DNA of 64,000 bases. Origin: Planctomycetota bacterium (GTDB lineage: Bacteria; Planctomycetota; UBA8108; SXIK01). The notes beneath the pieces were generated by a model, which ran no database searches, had not been told where the DNA came from, and was given only the letters and a program-made list of their open reading frames with translations. Both the position numbers and the translations under genes were made by a program. The stretch is taken from positions 6,720,001-6,784,000 of the forward strand of contig CBDCXR010000004.1 of assembly GCA_965223845.1 (NCBI GenBank), in the 5' to 3' direction. Below are positions 9,631 to 21,250 of this stretch, in pieces; position 1 is the first letter of the stretch, and each line of letters opens with the position of its first letter.

Positions 9631-10545
9631 CTACGGTGCCGCGGGAACGGCTCCCGAGAACAGAGGCTCGCACTTCTGGCGGTGAAACACTCGCATCCAG
9701 TACGTTCCCGCCGGAAAGACGACGCCCTCCGTACCGTCGCGGTAGTGCTCGAGCGCCGCTCGATACCGCTTTCGAAAAGTAACGAGCTCGCGGAGCTCTT
9801 GGGCTCTCGGGCCGGGACGCCGCGCCTGAACCGCCGGCGAGAGCTTCCACTTCTTCTCGTAGCTCTGGGGCGAGTCAGTCGGGCTTTGATTCCGCACGCG
9901 TTTCGCCCCGAGGAACCCCGGACCCTCCTTCTCGACTTCGGCTCGACACGACGCCTGCCGCTCAGCTACTTCTCGCTCGAGCTTTGCTCTAAACGCCTCG
10001 AGATCGCCGTTCGCGAAGCAAGGAGGAGGTGCGATCTCGAGCGGGACCTCCTCCGGCATGCGATCCGAAAAGAACCAATCCGGCCTCTCTGCCTGGAGCG
10101 TCGTTCCGAGGTCACTCGGCCCGCTCCGCACCCCGGGCCAGTCCTTCGCGTCGCGTACGAGCCCCGACGACACTGGATTGCAGATCGTGTAGACGAGCTG
10201 CCGCAGCACGTCGTCCGGCTCGATCGCCCGCACGTAGCTCGGTCTCGCCGAGTCAAAAAGGTTGTCGAACCGGCCTCGCATCGCGTTCAAGCAACGAGCG
10301 AGGAGCAAGTTGAGGCGATGAAGAAACCGCGGGATTCGACCAGCCGGATCGGTGACGAGAAGGTGGTAGTGATTCGAGAGGGCGACGAAGCCGTGCACCT
10401 CGACGCCGGTCTTCTCCGCCGCGTAGGCGAGACAGTAGAGCACGGCGCGATTCACCCTCTCCTCCGGGCGAAGGAGAAACTGCCTCTGCACGCAGCGCCT
10501 CGTGACGAGATACGTGGCGCCGGGGAGTATCCGTCGGGCTTGCAC
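9631..10545 (-). CDS. HUH/Y1 transposase, REP-associated tyrosine transposase (RAYT)-like
   Basis: YLVTRRC, LSNHYHLL (HUH), VYTICNPV (catalytic Tyr), C-terminal FPAGTY; AAGGAGG RBS before GTG start. Confidence 0.85.
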   Translation of the reverse strand: MQARRILPGATYLVTRRCVQRQFLLRPEERVNRAVLYCLAYAAEKTGVEVHGFVALSNHYHLLVTDPAGRIPRFLHRLNLLLARCLNAMRGRFDNLFDSARPSYVRAIEPDDVLRQLVYTICNPVSSGLVRDAKDWPGVRSGPSDLGTTLQAERPDWFFSDRMPEEVPLEIAPPPCFANGDLEAFRAKLEREVAERQASCRAEVEKEGPGFLGAKRVRNQSPTDSPQSYEKKWKLSPAVQARRPGPRAQELRELVTFRKRYRAALEHYRDGTEGVVFPAGTYWMRVFHRQKCEPLFSGAVPAAP

Positions 10546-11082
10546 TCGAGATGGCCTCCTTCCGCGGGATCGGAGTGACGATGGAGAAGTTCGCCACCGG
10601 AGGAGGCAGCCGCGTCTCGAGCGACGCCCCAGCGAGCGAACCTATCAGCGGCGCGCACGTGGTTCGCTCGGCGGGTTCGGGCATCCGTAGCTTGAGGTCC
10701 GGCGCCTTGGTTCGCAAATCCGAGCCGGAAGAGGGGCGAGCGATCCGCGGCGGGCGCCGTCGTCTCCGCGAATCGTCGACGGCGGAGAGACGAGCCAGCT
10801 TCTTGCGGCGACCGTCCGCTCTTCGCGCCCGGGCGGTTCCTCCTCGATGCGCGCTGCGAGGCCCGAGGAGACCTGGGACCCGTCGGTGACGCTCGGTGCC
10901 GACTCAGCGAACGGAGAGGCGGACGAATCGGGGCTAAAGAAGTTCACCCGAGCGGCCGATCACTGGAGAGACGCGGTCCCCCGCGTTTTGAGGAGTCGTG
11001 CCCAACCGCGTTTCGCGGTCCAGCGCGAAGGGGGATCGCTTCGCTGACGACACCCTTAGACAGCAGTGAGGAGACTCGGGCG

Positions 11083-11298
11083 ATGGACGCCAATCGGATC
11101 GGAGAGGTCGCGGGCGTGGTGTGGCACCAGCTCGGCGAGAAGGAGATGTCGCTGTCCGAGCTCAAGAAGTGCGGGGAAGCGACGGCCGATGAAATCGTCG
11201 CCGCCGTCGGCTGGCTCGCGCGCGAGGGGAAGATCCGCTTCGAGACGAAGGGGCGCCGCGTGCTGCTCTCTCTTCAGACGAGCGACGTTCTCTGCTGA
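11083..11298 (+). CDS. small winged helix-turn-helix protein (DUF2582-like)
   Basis: IGEVAGVVWHQL...AVGWLAREGKI pattern; GAGGAG RBS. Confidence 0.85.
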   Translation: MDANRIGEVAGVVWHQLGEKEMSLSELKKCGEATADEIVAAVGWLAREGKIRFETKGRRVLLSLQTSDVLC

Positions 11299-11522
11299 CG
11301 AACGCGTCGCCCCTCGAGAACTTTTGGTCGATCCCCCGCGAGTCTCCCGTCTCAGCGGTGAGATCGGCCGGCAACTCGGCATCGTCTTGACGTTTCGCGC
11401 GTCGCCATCGCGGACGCGAGTTCGCTTGCCGGCCGCGCCAGCGTCGCTATCCGTCGGCGGCGCCCTCTGGCGGTTCCCCGCTCACTCACGGCCGAACCCG
11501 AGTTGCCGCGAATCGCGACCCG

Positions 11523-11786
11523 CTACCCGAGCGGATCGAAGCCGTCGTTCCAAACGATGGGAAAACGCATGAGCTCGGTCCACGCGATCTCCGCTCGGCC
11601 GACGCACTCGAGCTTCCCCGCGAGCTCTTGGCCACCGTCCGGATGGACGAGCGAGCGGACCTTCTCCCAGCGCGCGTCGCTTTCGCGGAGCGGGAGGGGA
11701 TCGTCGAAGGAGTGATCCGTCCCGTCGAGGTACGGACGAAAGTCGGCGACGTGTCCGTACGGGCTCTCATAAATGTAGAGTTCCAT
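11523..11786 (-). CDS. hypothetical protein
   Basis: 87-aa ORF with balanced, globular-looking composition, unlike the Arg-rich shadow ORFs. Confidence 0.6.
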   Translation of the reverse strand: MELYIYESPYGHVADFRPYLDGTDHSFDDPLPLRESDARWEKVRSLVHPDGGQELAGKLECVGRAEIAWTELMRFPIVWNDGFDPLG

Positions 11787-11855
11787 GTCGCGTGCTCACC
11801 GTCGGGATAGAGTCGGAGCACTATACCGACTCCATCCGGCGGAATCGACGCCGAA

Positions 11856-12143
11856 TCAGCGACTCCGGCGAAGCGGAACGCGCCGGCGCGCGCGCGGCTC
11901 GACACCCGCGCTCCGGCGGAAGCTCGGACGCGGAGACTCGTCGGATCTTGCGGCGCTCGGACGTGCCTGCGTCTCCGCGCCGGCGGCGGACGCCTCGGGC
12001 ATCGCGCCGCCGCCCGCGCTGAAGAGGAGCGCGCAACTGGCGACGAAGAGCACGGCGGCGTTGCGAACGCTCGGGGCGAGGATCGGGTGACTCCGCCACC
12101 AGCGGACGATCGGGTCGATCATGCGAAGCTTCTCCTCGGTCAT
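11856..12143 (-). CDS. hypothetical small membrane/exported protein
   Basis: Single hydrophobic segment (AAVLFVASCALLFSAG); AT-rich promoter-like region upstream at about 12200-12240. Confidence 0.4.
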   Translation of the reverse strand: MTEEKLRMIDPIVRWWRSHPILAPSVRNAAVLFVASCALLFSAGGGAMPEASAAGAETQARPSAARSDESPRPSFRRSAGVEPRARRRVPLRRSR

Positions 12144-12445
12144 GGGCCGAAGAAGTATAGATCCGGGGCCGGAACGCGGCCACTCGGACCCGCGCCCATT
12201 ATCGTAAAGGTATATTTTCTAAATAGTTGTGACAATTTCACCGAGGCTCGGCCGCCGCGCCGATTCCGCCGTCCACTCCGCAGGTGGATTCGTGCCGGAT
12301 CGCCGCGTCGAGCGAGGTATAGTGTCGAATCGCTTCGATTCTCGCTCCGAGCGTCCGAGCAAGAAGCGCGCCGTCCGGCCCGCGGCCCGGCGAAGCGCCC
12401 GAGCGTCGAGCGAGCCCGCTCTCCGATTCTGTGGATCCACATGTC

Positions 12446-13198
12446 ATGCCTTCGCGCCGACCGACCGACCTTCGACGTTCGCGCGGGTTTCTCGAGCGCA
12501 CTTTCCTTCGGGAGCTCGAGGAGCTGCGCGCCCCGCTCCTCGAAGAATCAGAGCGGGTCCGCCAATCGCGCCGGCGACGGCGGCGCTCGGACGATCGCTG
12601 CTGCCGGCGCCCGCTCAATCAGATGCGAATCTCGCCTCTCGAAGCTCGCGCGATCGCCGAGGCGCTCCGGCGAGATCCCACGCTCCGCGGTAAGCTGCCG
12701 GCGATCCGAGAGCGCGTCGCCGAGGAGCTGACGCGTCTCGCCGACACGTCCGAGCGCCAGAGCTTCGATTGTCCCCTCCTCGACGATGGACGCTGTCTCG
12801 TGCACACCGCAGCGAAGCCCATCGGGTGTCTCGCGTGGCACGCCGGGAAGGACTACTCGAAGTTGGGCTGGGACGCGTTTCGCCAGCGGGACGAGATGAA
12901 CGACGCCCTCTACGGGCCGAATTGGCAGTTTCGCGTGATCCCACTTTGGCTGAAACGCGTGCTCGGAGTGAAGGGCGCCCCGCGGCGGCGTGAGCCGACC
13001 GAGGAGGTGTCCCCGCGGTCCGGTCGATCGTTCGCGCGGGAAAGATCGCGCCGGCGACCCGATGCCGGGAATCCCAGAACGAGACGACGTGTCCCGAGAA
13101 GTGACGACTCCGAGGGCGCACGTCGCGACGAACCGACTGGCCGGCGGCGCGCGTCAACGCGAAAGGGACGCGGCCAGCGGAGACCGAGCGGAGCCTGA
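12446..13198 (+). CDS. YkgJ-like cysteine-cluster protein with a basic disordered tail
   Basis: RCCRRP...FDCPLLDDGRCLVH..KPIGC Cys pattern. Confidence 0.65.
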   Translation: MPSRRPTDLRRSRGFLERTFLRELEELRAPLLEESERVRQSRRRRRRSDDRCCRRPLNQMRISPLEARAIAEALRRDPTLRGKLPAIRERVAEELTRLADTSERQSFDCPLLDDGRCLVHTAAKPIGCLAWHAGKDYSKLGWDAFRQRDEMNDALYGPNWQFRVIPLWLKRVLGVKGAPRRREPTEEVSPRSGRSFARERSRRRPDAGNPRTRRRVPRSDDSEGARRDEPTGRRRASTRKGRGQRRPSGA

Positions 13199-13481
13199 GG
13201 CCGCGCGATCGCCGGGGAGTGGATCACGAACGGAAGGCTTGATCGCGGGTCGCGCGACCAACCGGTCTTTCTTCCGACGAGACCACTCGCCGTGAGACGA
13301 GCGGGACGACGGACCCGAGCAAGTCGAATGCGCATCCCAGTCGCCCGCTTCCGACCGGGAACACCGCTCCCCGGCGGTACACTCTCACTCGGACCGCGGC
13401 TCACGAGCCGAAGGCTCGCTCGTCGGGGTGAAGTCCGCGCGGCTCCGCCGCGCGGACGAGGGGGCTTCGAGAAAGCCCCCT

Positions 13482-13550
13482 AAAAAAAACAGAAGAAGCA
13501 CTAATCAACGATCGAGCGCGTTGCGCTCGATCGTTGATTAGTGCTTCTTC
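13482..13550 (-). terminator. terminator with a perfect 28-bp stem overlapping the end of the bL37-like gene
   Basis: GAAGAAGCACTAATCAACGATCGAGCGC (13492-13519), GTT loop, exact reverse complement (13523-13550); T8 tract follows on the minus strand. Confidence 0.8.
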
Positions 13551-13645
13551 CCCCAGGCCTTCGACTTCCCGCGGCTGCCTTTCCGGCCGTGGTTCGCCTT
13601 CTTACTGCGCCAGCTGAACTTGTAGGTGCGTCGCTTGCGGGCCAT
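13538..13645 (-). CDS. bL37-like small basic ribosomal protein (35 aa)
   Basis: MARKRRTYKFSWRSKKANHGRKGSRGKSKAWGKKH; the KANHG(K/R) core matches actinobacterial bL37; strong terminator follows. Confidence 0.65.
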   Translation of the reverse strand: MARKRRTYKFSWRSKKANHGRKGSRGKSKAWGKKH

Positions 13646-13836
13646 GGGACCGTTTCCCGTCTCGGTGAAGTCGTCGCGGGCTCTCGCGGAGCCCTTGCCC
13701 GGGCGGCCGGGCCGAAATCGAGGACCAGACCTTTTACCCGACCGGCCGGGGCGATACAAGGGCCTGCGCGGGACGGACTCGAGCGGGGCCGGCCGTCCCG
13801 AGCCCCACGCTTCGGTCCCCGCCTAAAGGCCCGGTC

Positions 13837-14385
13837 ATGTGCGAACGAGTCTCCGCTGATTCCGTGCTTTTCGAGGAGACCCAGTCCCTCGGGCGGTGGT
13901 GGACGTGGCTGCTCGTCGCTCCGGCCGGCGCCGGCCTCGTCGCGATTTTCGGCTACGGCATGTGGAAGCAGCTCGTTCGGGGGGAGGTCTGGGGCCAAAA
14001 TCCTCTCACGAACGCCGAGCTCGCCTGGGTCGGAAGTCTCTCGATCGCGATCGGCACCCTTTCGCTCGTTCTCCTCGCTCGGGCGCGGCTCGAGACCGTC
14101 CTCACTCGAAACGCGTTGTCGGTTCGCTTGTGGCCCCTGCGCGCGCGCTCGATTCTCCTCCGCGAGATTCGCTCGTTCACCGCGCGCGAGTACCGACCGA
14201 TCGTCGAGTTCGGCGGCTGGGGCATCCGTGGGTCGCGGCGAAATCGAGCGTACAATGCCTTCGGTCGAGAGGGCGTCCAGCTCGAGCTGACGGACGACAC
14301 GCGGATTCTCGTCGGATCGCAGCGTGCGCGGGAGCTCGAGCGGGCATTGGCGTCGGCGTGCGCGAGTGAATGTGCTGAAACGTGA
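13837..14385 (+). CDS. membrane protein (DUF6141-like)
   Basis: LFEETQ, two TM helices, YRPIVEFGGWGIR, AYN..G..GVQL, ILVGSQR. Confidence 0.75.
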   Translation: MCERVSADSVLFEETQSLGRWWTWLLVAPAGAGLVAIFGYGMWKQLVRGEVWGQNPLTNAELAWVGSLSIAIGTLSLVLLARARLETVLTRNALSVRLWPLRARSILLREIRSFTAREYRPIVEFGGWGIRGSRRNRAYNAFGREGVQLELTDDTRILVGSQRARELERALASACASECAET

Positions 14386-14419
14386 GTCACGTCGGCTCGC
14401 GAACCTGTCAGGAGAACGG

Positions 14420-16075
<1,656 letters not shown>

Positions 16076-16078
<3 letters not shown>

Positions 16079-16354
16079 AGATTTTTACACGAGGGGCGCG
16101 AAGGGGACGCGAAGGAAGACGAAGGGAAGAAAAAAGGAAATTGGGAAAGAGTCGGGATAGCCGCGAAACCCGGTCAATCATTCTCAGCGCCGCTGCGCCG
16201 GAGAGCATCGATACTCGGCGTGTCGCTGAACGCGCGAGCAACTGTTGAGGTCGAGCCGCCCGGACAAACCATCGTTTTCCGATCTCATTCTCATTCTTTC
16301 TCCTCCTTCGTCTTCCTTCGCGTCCCCTTCGCGCCCTTCGTGTGAACCTCTTCA
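16076..16354. repeat. REPIN/MITE-like element with 50-bp terminal inverted repeats
   Basis: 16076-16125 and 16305-16354 are inverted repeats (46/50 identical) built from CGAAGG-type subunits. Confidence 0.75.
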
Positions 16355-16361
16355 AGAGCCA

Positions 16362-19300
16362 TCAAAACGCACAAACCGACGAACAACCCTCCACCCGCAC
16401 GCACCCGACGCCCAGCCCCGGCGGCGCCCCGCTTTCGAAGAGATACGCGAGGATGAAGAGCGAGTCGGCGATGTTCACCGCGCCGTCCGCGTTCGCATCG
16501 AGCACGAGGACGTTTCCCCCCTCAGTGAGCGCGCCCTCGCAAGGCGGGGTGCGCTCCGCCCCGTCGAAGAGCGCGAGGAGAAGCCACAGCGCGTCCGCGA
16601 TGTCGAGCGACTGGTCGGCATTGCCGTCGCCCGGAACGCGAAATCCTCCGGCCGGCGGCTCACCCGAGGACGGCAGTCCCGGCGTTCCGGCCGGCGCTGC
16701 GCTCGCGAACCACGCGTCGGGGACGCTGAGAACGTCGGGGTAATCGGCGCCCTCGTCGACGACCTGAAGCGACGGGCCCGCGCCGTCCGTCTCCGGGTGC
16801 CAGACATCCGAATAGACGAACTCGGTGATGATCCGGCCGTTCCGCAGCCGGACCTGAACGACCTCACCGCCGTTGTCGAGCCGGTCGTCGTACTCTCCGG
16901 CGATGTCGATCTCGCTCGTATCGTAGCGAAGTGCGAAGGCGTCGAGATTGCGGACGACGACGATGTAGTCCCCGGGCGCGAGGCGCTCGATCGGCGAGTC
17001 TCCGAAGTCGAACCTCACGCCGTCGGCGAGGATGACGTCGCGGAGATCGATCGCCGCGCCACTCACGTTGCGGAATTCGATGAACTCGAAGTCCGACCCA
17101 CCCGCCGGGTTGTACATGAGCTCGGTCACGCGGAGGGCAGCTTCCTCCGGAAGCGCAGCGAGCGGGGGACCCGCGGTAAACTCGATCGGGGACGACCAGT
17201 GACTCCACCGATTCGTCGTGTCGCGCACCCTGCAGCGAACGCGGTAGGTCCGGCCCTCGGCGAGGATCGGCGGGAGAGCGAGCACGAACGAGTCGGTGAC
17301 GTCACCGCTCTCCCAGGCCGCGGGCCACTCGTAGAGCTTGGGCGCGAGCGGATCGAAGCCCGGCGCGCCGGGATCCGTGACTTCGCCGATCCGCCACTCG
17401 AGCCCGGCGAAGGTGGCGGCACCCTGCGGATCGCTGAACGCATCCGACTCGAACGCGAGCGCGTCGAGCGGGAAGCCGCCGGGTCCGGTGTACGCGATGC
17501 TGGGCGTCGCCGGGATGCGCGATGAATCTCCCTCGGCGTTTGCGAGGTTGTCGAGATGCCGCGCCCGACCTCCGGCGGGGACGTCCGGCCCGGTCGATCC
17601 CGTCCAGCCGACGAAGGCGAAGTTCTTCATGTCGCGCACCTTCGTCTCGATCGGCCCGAAGTCCTGCGAGCCCGCGGCCGACGGCGCGCTGCGGTAGCGA
17701 TCGCGGTCGGCGTCGGAGAGATCGTGGACCTGGGCGGTGAGATCGTCGATGAGCTCGTGAATGACTTCTTCCGTCCAGATGAGATCGCGAAAACTCCGGA
17801 TGAAGTTTCGGTACTCCTGCTTGAACGCCGGCTTCCCCGGCGAGGCGAAAATCGCGTTCTTCGAGTAGTCTACGCCGCTGTTCCAGTTGGGTCCCCAGCT
17901 CGCGTCCGAGTCGTGAGGGAGCGTCCAGAGGCGACCGTACTGGCCCTCGGACGGCGCGAAGTACCAGGCGCGATTCTTGAGATGCGAGTCGGCCGGGCGG
18001 AAGTCGTAGTGACGAATCGCCTCGCAGATCGTGTGGTACGGATACCAGCGCGAGTAGTCGACGTGCTCGTCGAGCCACGAATCGGAGCGCTCGGGGCGGA
18101 GGTTGTTCCGAATGTTCTGAAAGTCGGCATCGTTGTCGACGGCGTCGAGGCCCTGGTGACGTTTCACGCGGTTTCCGTCGAAGATCTGGTCCTTCAGCTT
18201 ATAGAGGTTCCCGTCCGCGAGATCGTGCGCGTCGAGGAAGCGCGAGTCGTAGTTCTCGAACGCGAGGTGGATGCCGAAAAAGTCGCCGAAGTACTGGTCG
18301 AGCTCTTCTGAGTCGTCGATCACGCGAAGCTGGAAGGTGTGGACGAAGGGTGCCTCACCGACCATGTTCCAGAGAATCGCGTTCATCGTTTCGGTGAGGC
18401 CGAAGTTCCCGACGTCCTTGTTGTCGAACATCTTCCCCGTGTTGAGCGTCCGCCAGCGCGTCGGGTAGCGTTCGCCGAAGCGGTCGCGCGCGCGGAGGTG
18501 GTAGCCCTTGTTGAAGCGGAACCGAAAGGAGCGCTTCCCGCGACCGCCGTATCGATCGTTTGCCTGTCGGAGTCGATAGCGGATGTGGTCGTACACGATG
18601 CCGTCGTAGACGAAGGTTCCCTGCCAATTGAAGTGGTCGCGCGCGTTTTCGTTCGACTTCGGGATGTGGAAGGAGCTGTCGTACGCGATGCAGTGCGTGA
18701 GATCGCTTTCGAGGGTGAGCAGGTGGTAGACGGGAAGCGAGGTCATGACGTCTGCGTCGTAGACGTACGGCGTGCGCGACTGCACCGAGCGGACGGTCGC
18801 GGTGTAGGGAGGGACGCCGTCGTAGACGAAGTAGGCGAAGTTGCGCGACGGGTCATCGGCGTAGGGGACCGTCGCCGCAGCTCCCGCCGTGTCGCGCACC
18901 GTGATGCGGTAGCGGACGAGGGTGCGGTGCGATCGCGCGGGAAGCGTCGCCGTGTAGATCGAGTCGCCGCCGGTCTCATCGTCGCCCACGCCGTTGTCGT
19001 GCATCGCGACGCTCGTCCAGCTCGCCGGATTCTCGTACTCGGGGTTCGGATCGTGCGGGCGTTCCGGGTCGCCGAGGAGAACGCTGTGCGCGTGCGAGAG
19101 GAGCGACGGCACGTAATCGCCCGGTGAGACGATCTGGTAGGCCAGGTCGACGGCACTCACCCCGTCCGGATCCGTCACCTTCGCGGTGATCACCGCCTCC
19201 TCCGACGAGAGGGGTTGGCGCGGAGAGTGGTTCACCTGACGAGTCTGCGGCGGCGCGTTCGCGGCGAGGACGGAGTTCGCGAGGCCGGGTGTGGGCGGCC

Positions 19301-20348
19301 CGAGCGAATCGGGGTCGGTGCCCGGGATGAGGATCGACGCGTCGAACGAGAAGTCGCTGCTCGTCGCCGACTGATTGAGTCCGTGGACCGCGAGCAGGTT
19401 CGTCCCCGCGACGAGAATCGACGCCGGCGCCGGGAGGTCGACTTCTTCCCAGCCCGCTTCGTGATTCTGTCCGAGCGAGTCGTAGTCGAGCGCGCCGCCG
19501 GGTGCGTGCAGGCGGGCGACCTCTTGCCCGTTCAGCCACACGACGCAGCCGTCGTCGATGTAGACGCGGAGCTTCCAGCTCGGAGGGATGTCTGCAGGAT
19601 TCGGGATGTCGAACTCGTGCCGAAAGTACACGGTCGTGTAGCTGCCGCTCATGTCGCTCAGCACCGTGGCGTCATCGCCGTCGCCGTAACCGATGCTCGC
19701 CTCGCCGTCGTTCCACGATGCGTCTTCGTTGAAGCTGATTGTCCGCCAGTCGCTCGGCGGGTTCGACGTGCCCTTTCGATAGCGCCAGGCATCCGATTGC
19801 GGCGGAACGAAGAACATCGGCGGTACCGGCTCCGAAGCGCTGTCGAAACCCGACGCGCGCCAGCTTCCGCCGAGATCGTTGTCGAGCGACGGATGGATCA
19901 GCTCGAGCGAGCTGCCGCGACCACCGGAGGCGGTCGGCCAGGGAAACGCGACGCCGTAGTCGACTTCATCGATGAGCGTGCCGGCCGCGTCCCGGAGTGC
20001 GAGGCGCTCGCCGTCGTTCGAGAGACGACCCGTGTAGGGGCCGAGGTCCGGTGCGAAGCCGAACTCAGCGGTGAACGCGGCAGGATCTTCCGCGAGGACG
20101 AGAAACTCGCCCGCGGGCAACTCGGCGCCGGGGGGAAACACGAAGCTGATCCCGCTCGTGAACACCCAGCCCGCGAGATCGGCGGTCTCCGCCGACGCGT
20201 TGTAGATCTCGACAAACTCCGAGGCCGAAGTCTTGTCCGGCGGGTCGAAGTGAATCTCGCTGATGACGATCTGGGCGGGACAAGGCGCACTCGCGATCAG
20301 AGACGCGAATGCCGTGGCGAGGACGGCGCGGAGTGGTCGGAGGATCAT
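16362..20348 (-). CDS. secreted lamin-tail domain / CotH kinase / dockerin-like protein
   Basis: Signal peptide; LTD repeats (IVISEIHFDP..EFVEIYN, VTELMYNP..EFIEFRN); CotH-like core (KRSFRFRF, HLKNRAWY, LPHDSDASWG); C-terminal GDGNADQSLDIAD / DANADGAVNIAD repeats. Confidence 0.85.
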   Translation of the reverse strand: MILRPLRAVLATAFASLIASAPCPAQIVISEIHFDPPDKTSASEFVEIYNASAETADLAGWVFTSGISFVFPPGAELPAGEFLVLAEDPAAFTAEFGFAPDLGPYTGRLSNDGERLALRDAAGTLIDEVDYGVAFPWPTASGGRGSSLELIHPSLDNDLGGSWRASGFDSASEPVPPMFFVPPQSDAWRYRKGTSNPPSDWRTISFNEDASWNDGEASIGYGDGDDATVLSDMSGSYTTVYFRHEFDIPNPADIPPSWKLRVYIDDGCVVWLNGQEVARLHAPGGALDYDSLGQNHEAGWEEVDLPAPASILVAGTNLLAVHGLNQSATSSDFSFDASILIPGTDPDSLGPPTPGLANSVLAANAPPQTRQVNHSPRQPLSSEEAVITAKVTDPDGVSAVDLAYQIVSPGDYVPSLLSHAHSVLLGDPERPHDPNPEYENPASWTSVAMHDNGVGDDETGGDSIYTATLPARSHRTLVRYRITVRDTAGAAATVPYADDPSRNFAYFVYDGVPPYTATVRSVQSRTPYVYDADVMTSLPVYHLLTLESDLTHCIAYDSSFHIPKSNENARDHFNWQGTFVYDGIVYDHIRYRLRQANDRYGGRGKRSFRFRFNKGYHLRARDRFGERYPTRWRTLNTGKMFDNKDVGNFGLTETMNAILWNMVGEAPFVHTFQLRVIDDSEELDQYFGDFFGIHLAFENYDSRFLDAHDLADGNLYKLKDQIFDGNRVKRHQGLDAVDNDADFQNIRNNLRPERSDSWLDEHVDYSRWYPYHTICEAIRHYDFRPADSHLKNRAWYFAPSEGQYGRLWTLPHDSDASWGPNWNSGVDYSKNAIFASPGKPAFKQEYRNFIRSFRDLIWTEEVIHELIDDLTAQVHDLSDADRDRYRSAPSAAGSQDFGPIETKVRDMKNFAFVGWTGSTGPDVPAGGRARHLDNLANAEGDSSRIPATPSIAYTGPGGFPLDALAFESDAFSDPQGAATFAGLEWRIGEVTDPGAPGFDPLAPKLYEWPAAWESGDVTDSFVLALPPILAEGRTYRVRCRVRDTTNRWSHWSSPIEFTAGPPLAALPEEAALRVTELMYNPAGGSDFEFIEFRNVSGAAIDLRDVILADGVRFDFGDSPIERLAPGDYIVVVRNLDAFALRYDTSEIDIAGEYDDRLDNGGEVVQVRLRNGRIITEFVYSDVWHPETDGAGPSLQVVDEGADYPDVLSVPDAWFASAAPAGTPGLPSSGEPPAGGFRVPGDGNADQSLDIADALWLLLALFDGAERTPPCEGALTEGGNVLVLDANADGAVNIADSLFILAYLFESGAPPGLGVGCVRVEGCSSVCAF

Positions 20349-20612
20349 GTTACGAACGGGCTACTCGCGGAGGGGGCAGGCGGATCGCGGCGCGGGCGAT
20401 CCGCGGGAAGCCTCGATTGTAGCAGCCCACTCGGCCTCCGACCGAGGATATGGCGAGCGCAAAATGCGGAGGGCCCCTCCGCGCCGAGACGCGAAGAGGC
20501 CCTCACTGTGTTGCGGCACTCCTCTTCGATGCTTGAATCGATTTCTCCGGGGGCGTACCGCCCGAGCGGGTCGCTCACCCCCGCGATTCAGGGGCGAGCG
20601 CCCGCGACTCCG

Positions 20613-21245
20613 CTACTGGTTGCGGAACGCGATGACTCGCGTAAAGTCCTGCGTTTCGACTGTGCCGTCGTCGGCCACCTTCCCGGCGGTGACAGTGACG
20701 GAGATTCCGTTGGTGAGGCCGGTGAAGCGGAGATCGAGGATGTCACCGACGAGCTGGATCGGCGTCGTGCCGGCCTCCGAGTAGACGATGTAGCCTTCGT
20801 CGATGCGTCCGTCGAGATTGTCGTCGATCCCGTTCCCGAGCGTCTCTCCAGCTTCCGGTTGGCGCTGAAGGGTGACCGTGGGGCTGTACACCGGCAGCCC
20901 GTTCTCGAGCCCGATGACCTTGCTGAACTGAATGAACTCGCTGTTCGTGATCACGATCGGGAGGAGCGACGCGGAGTCGGCGAGGACGACTTCCTCGGCG
21001 AGCCGCGCGAGGGCCCGCTGACCGATCTCGTTGACGACGCTTCGACGAACCTGCTCGTTGAACGCGTCCTGCGATCGCACCCAGAAGCTCATCGCGCCGG
21101 CGATGACGATTCCGAGCAGCGCGACCGTGATCGTGACCTCGATCAGCGTGATTCCGCTCTCTGCCGTGGTCGCGTCCCTTCGGTGAATTGGGCTCCCGGC
21201 GGGGGAGTGTCCAGCGGGACGACGAAAGTGAGTGCCGCAACGCAT
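20613..21245 (-). CDS. prepilin-type N-methylation domain protein (PilW/GspJ-like minor pilin)
   Basis: Class III signal ESG|ITLIEVTITVALL with Glu5; GIDDNLDGRIDE acidic loop. Confidence 0.8.
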   Translation of the reverse strand: MRCGTHFRRPAGHSPAGSPIHRRDATTAESGITLIEVTITVALLGIVIAGAMSFWVRSQDAFNEQVRRSVVNEIGQRALARLAEEVVLADSASLLPIVITNSEFIQFSKVIGLENGLPVYSPTVTLQRQPEAGETLGNGIDDNLDGRIDEGYIVYSEAGTTPIQLVGDILDLRFTGLTNGISVTVTAGKVADDGTVETQDFTRVIAFRNQ

Positions 21246-21250
21246 CACGA

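Noticed and set aside
12226-12243. TTGTGACAATTTCACC resembling a Rex/CRP box
   Set aside because: TGTGA-N5-TCAC spacing rather than N6; only an AT-rich promoter region can be supported.
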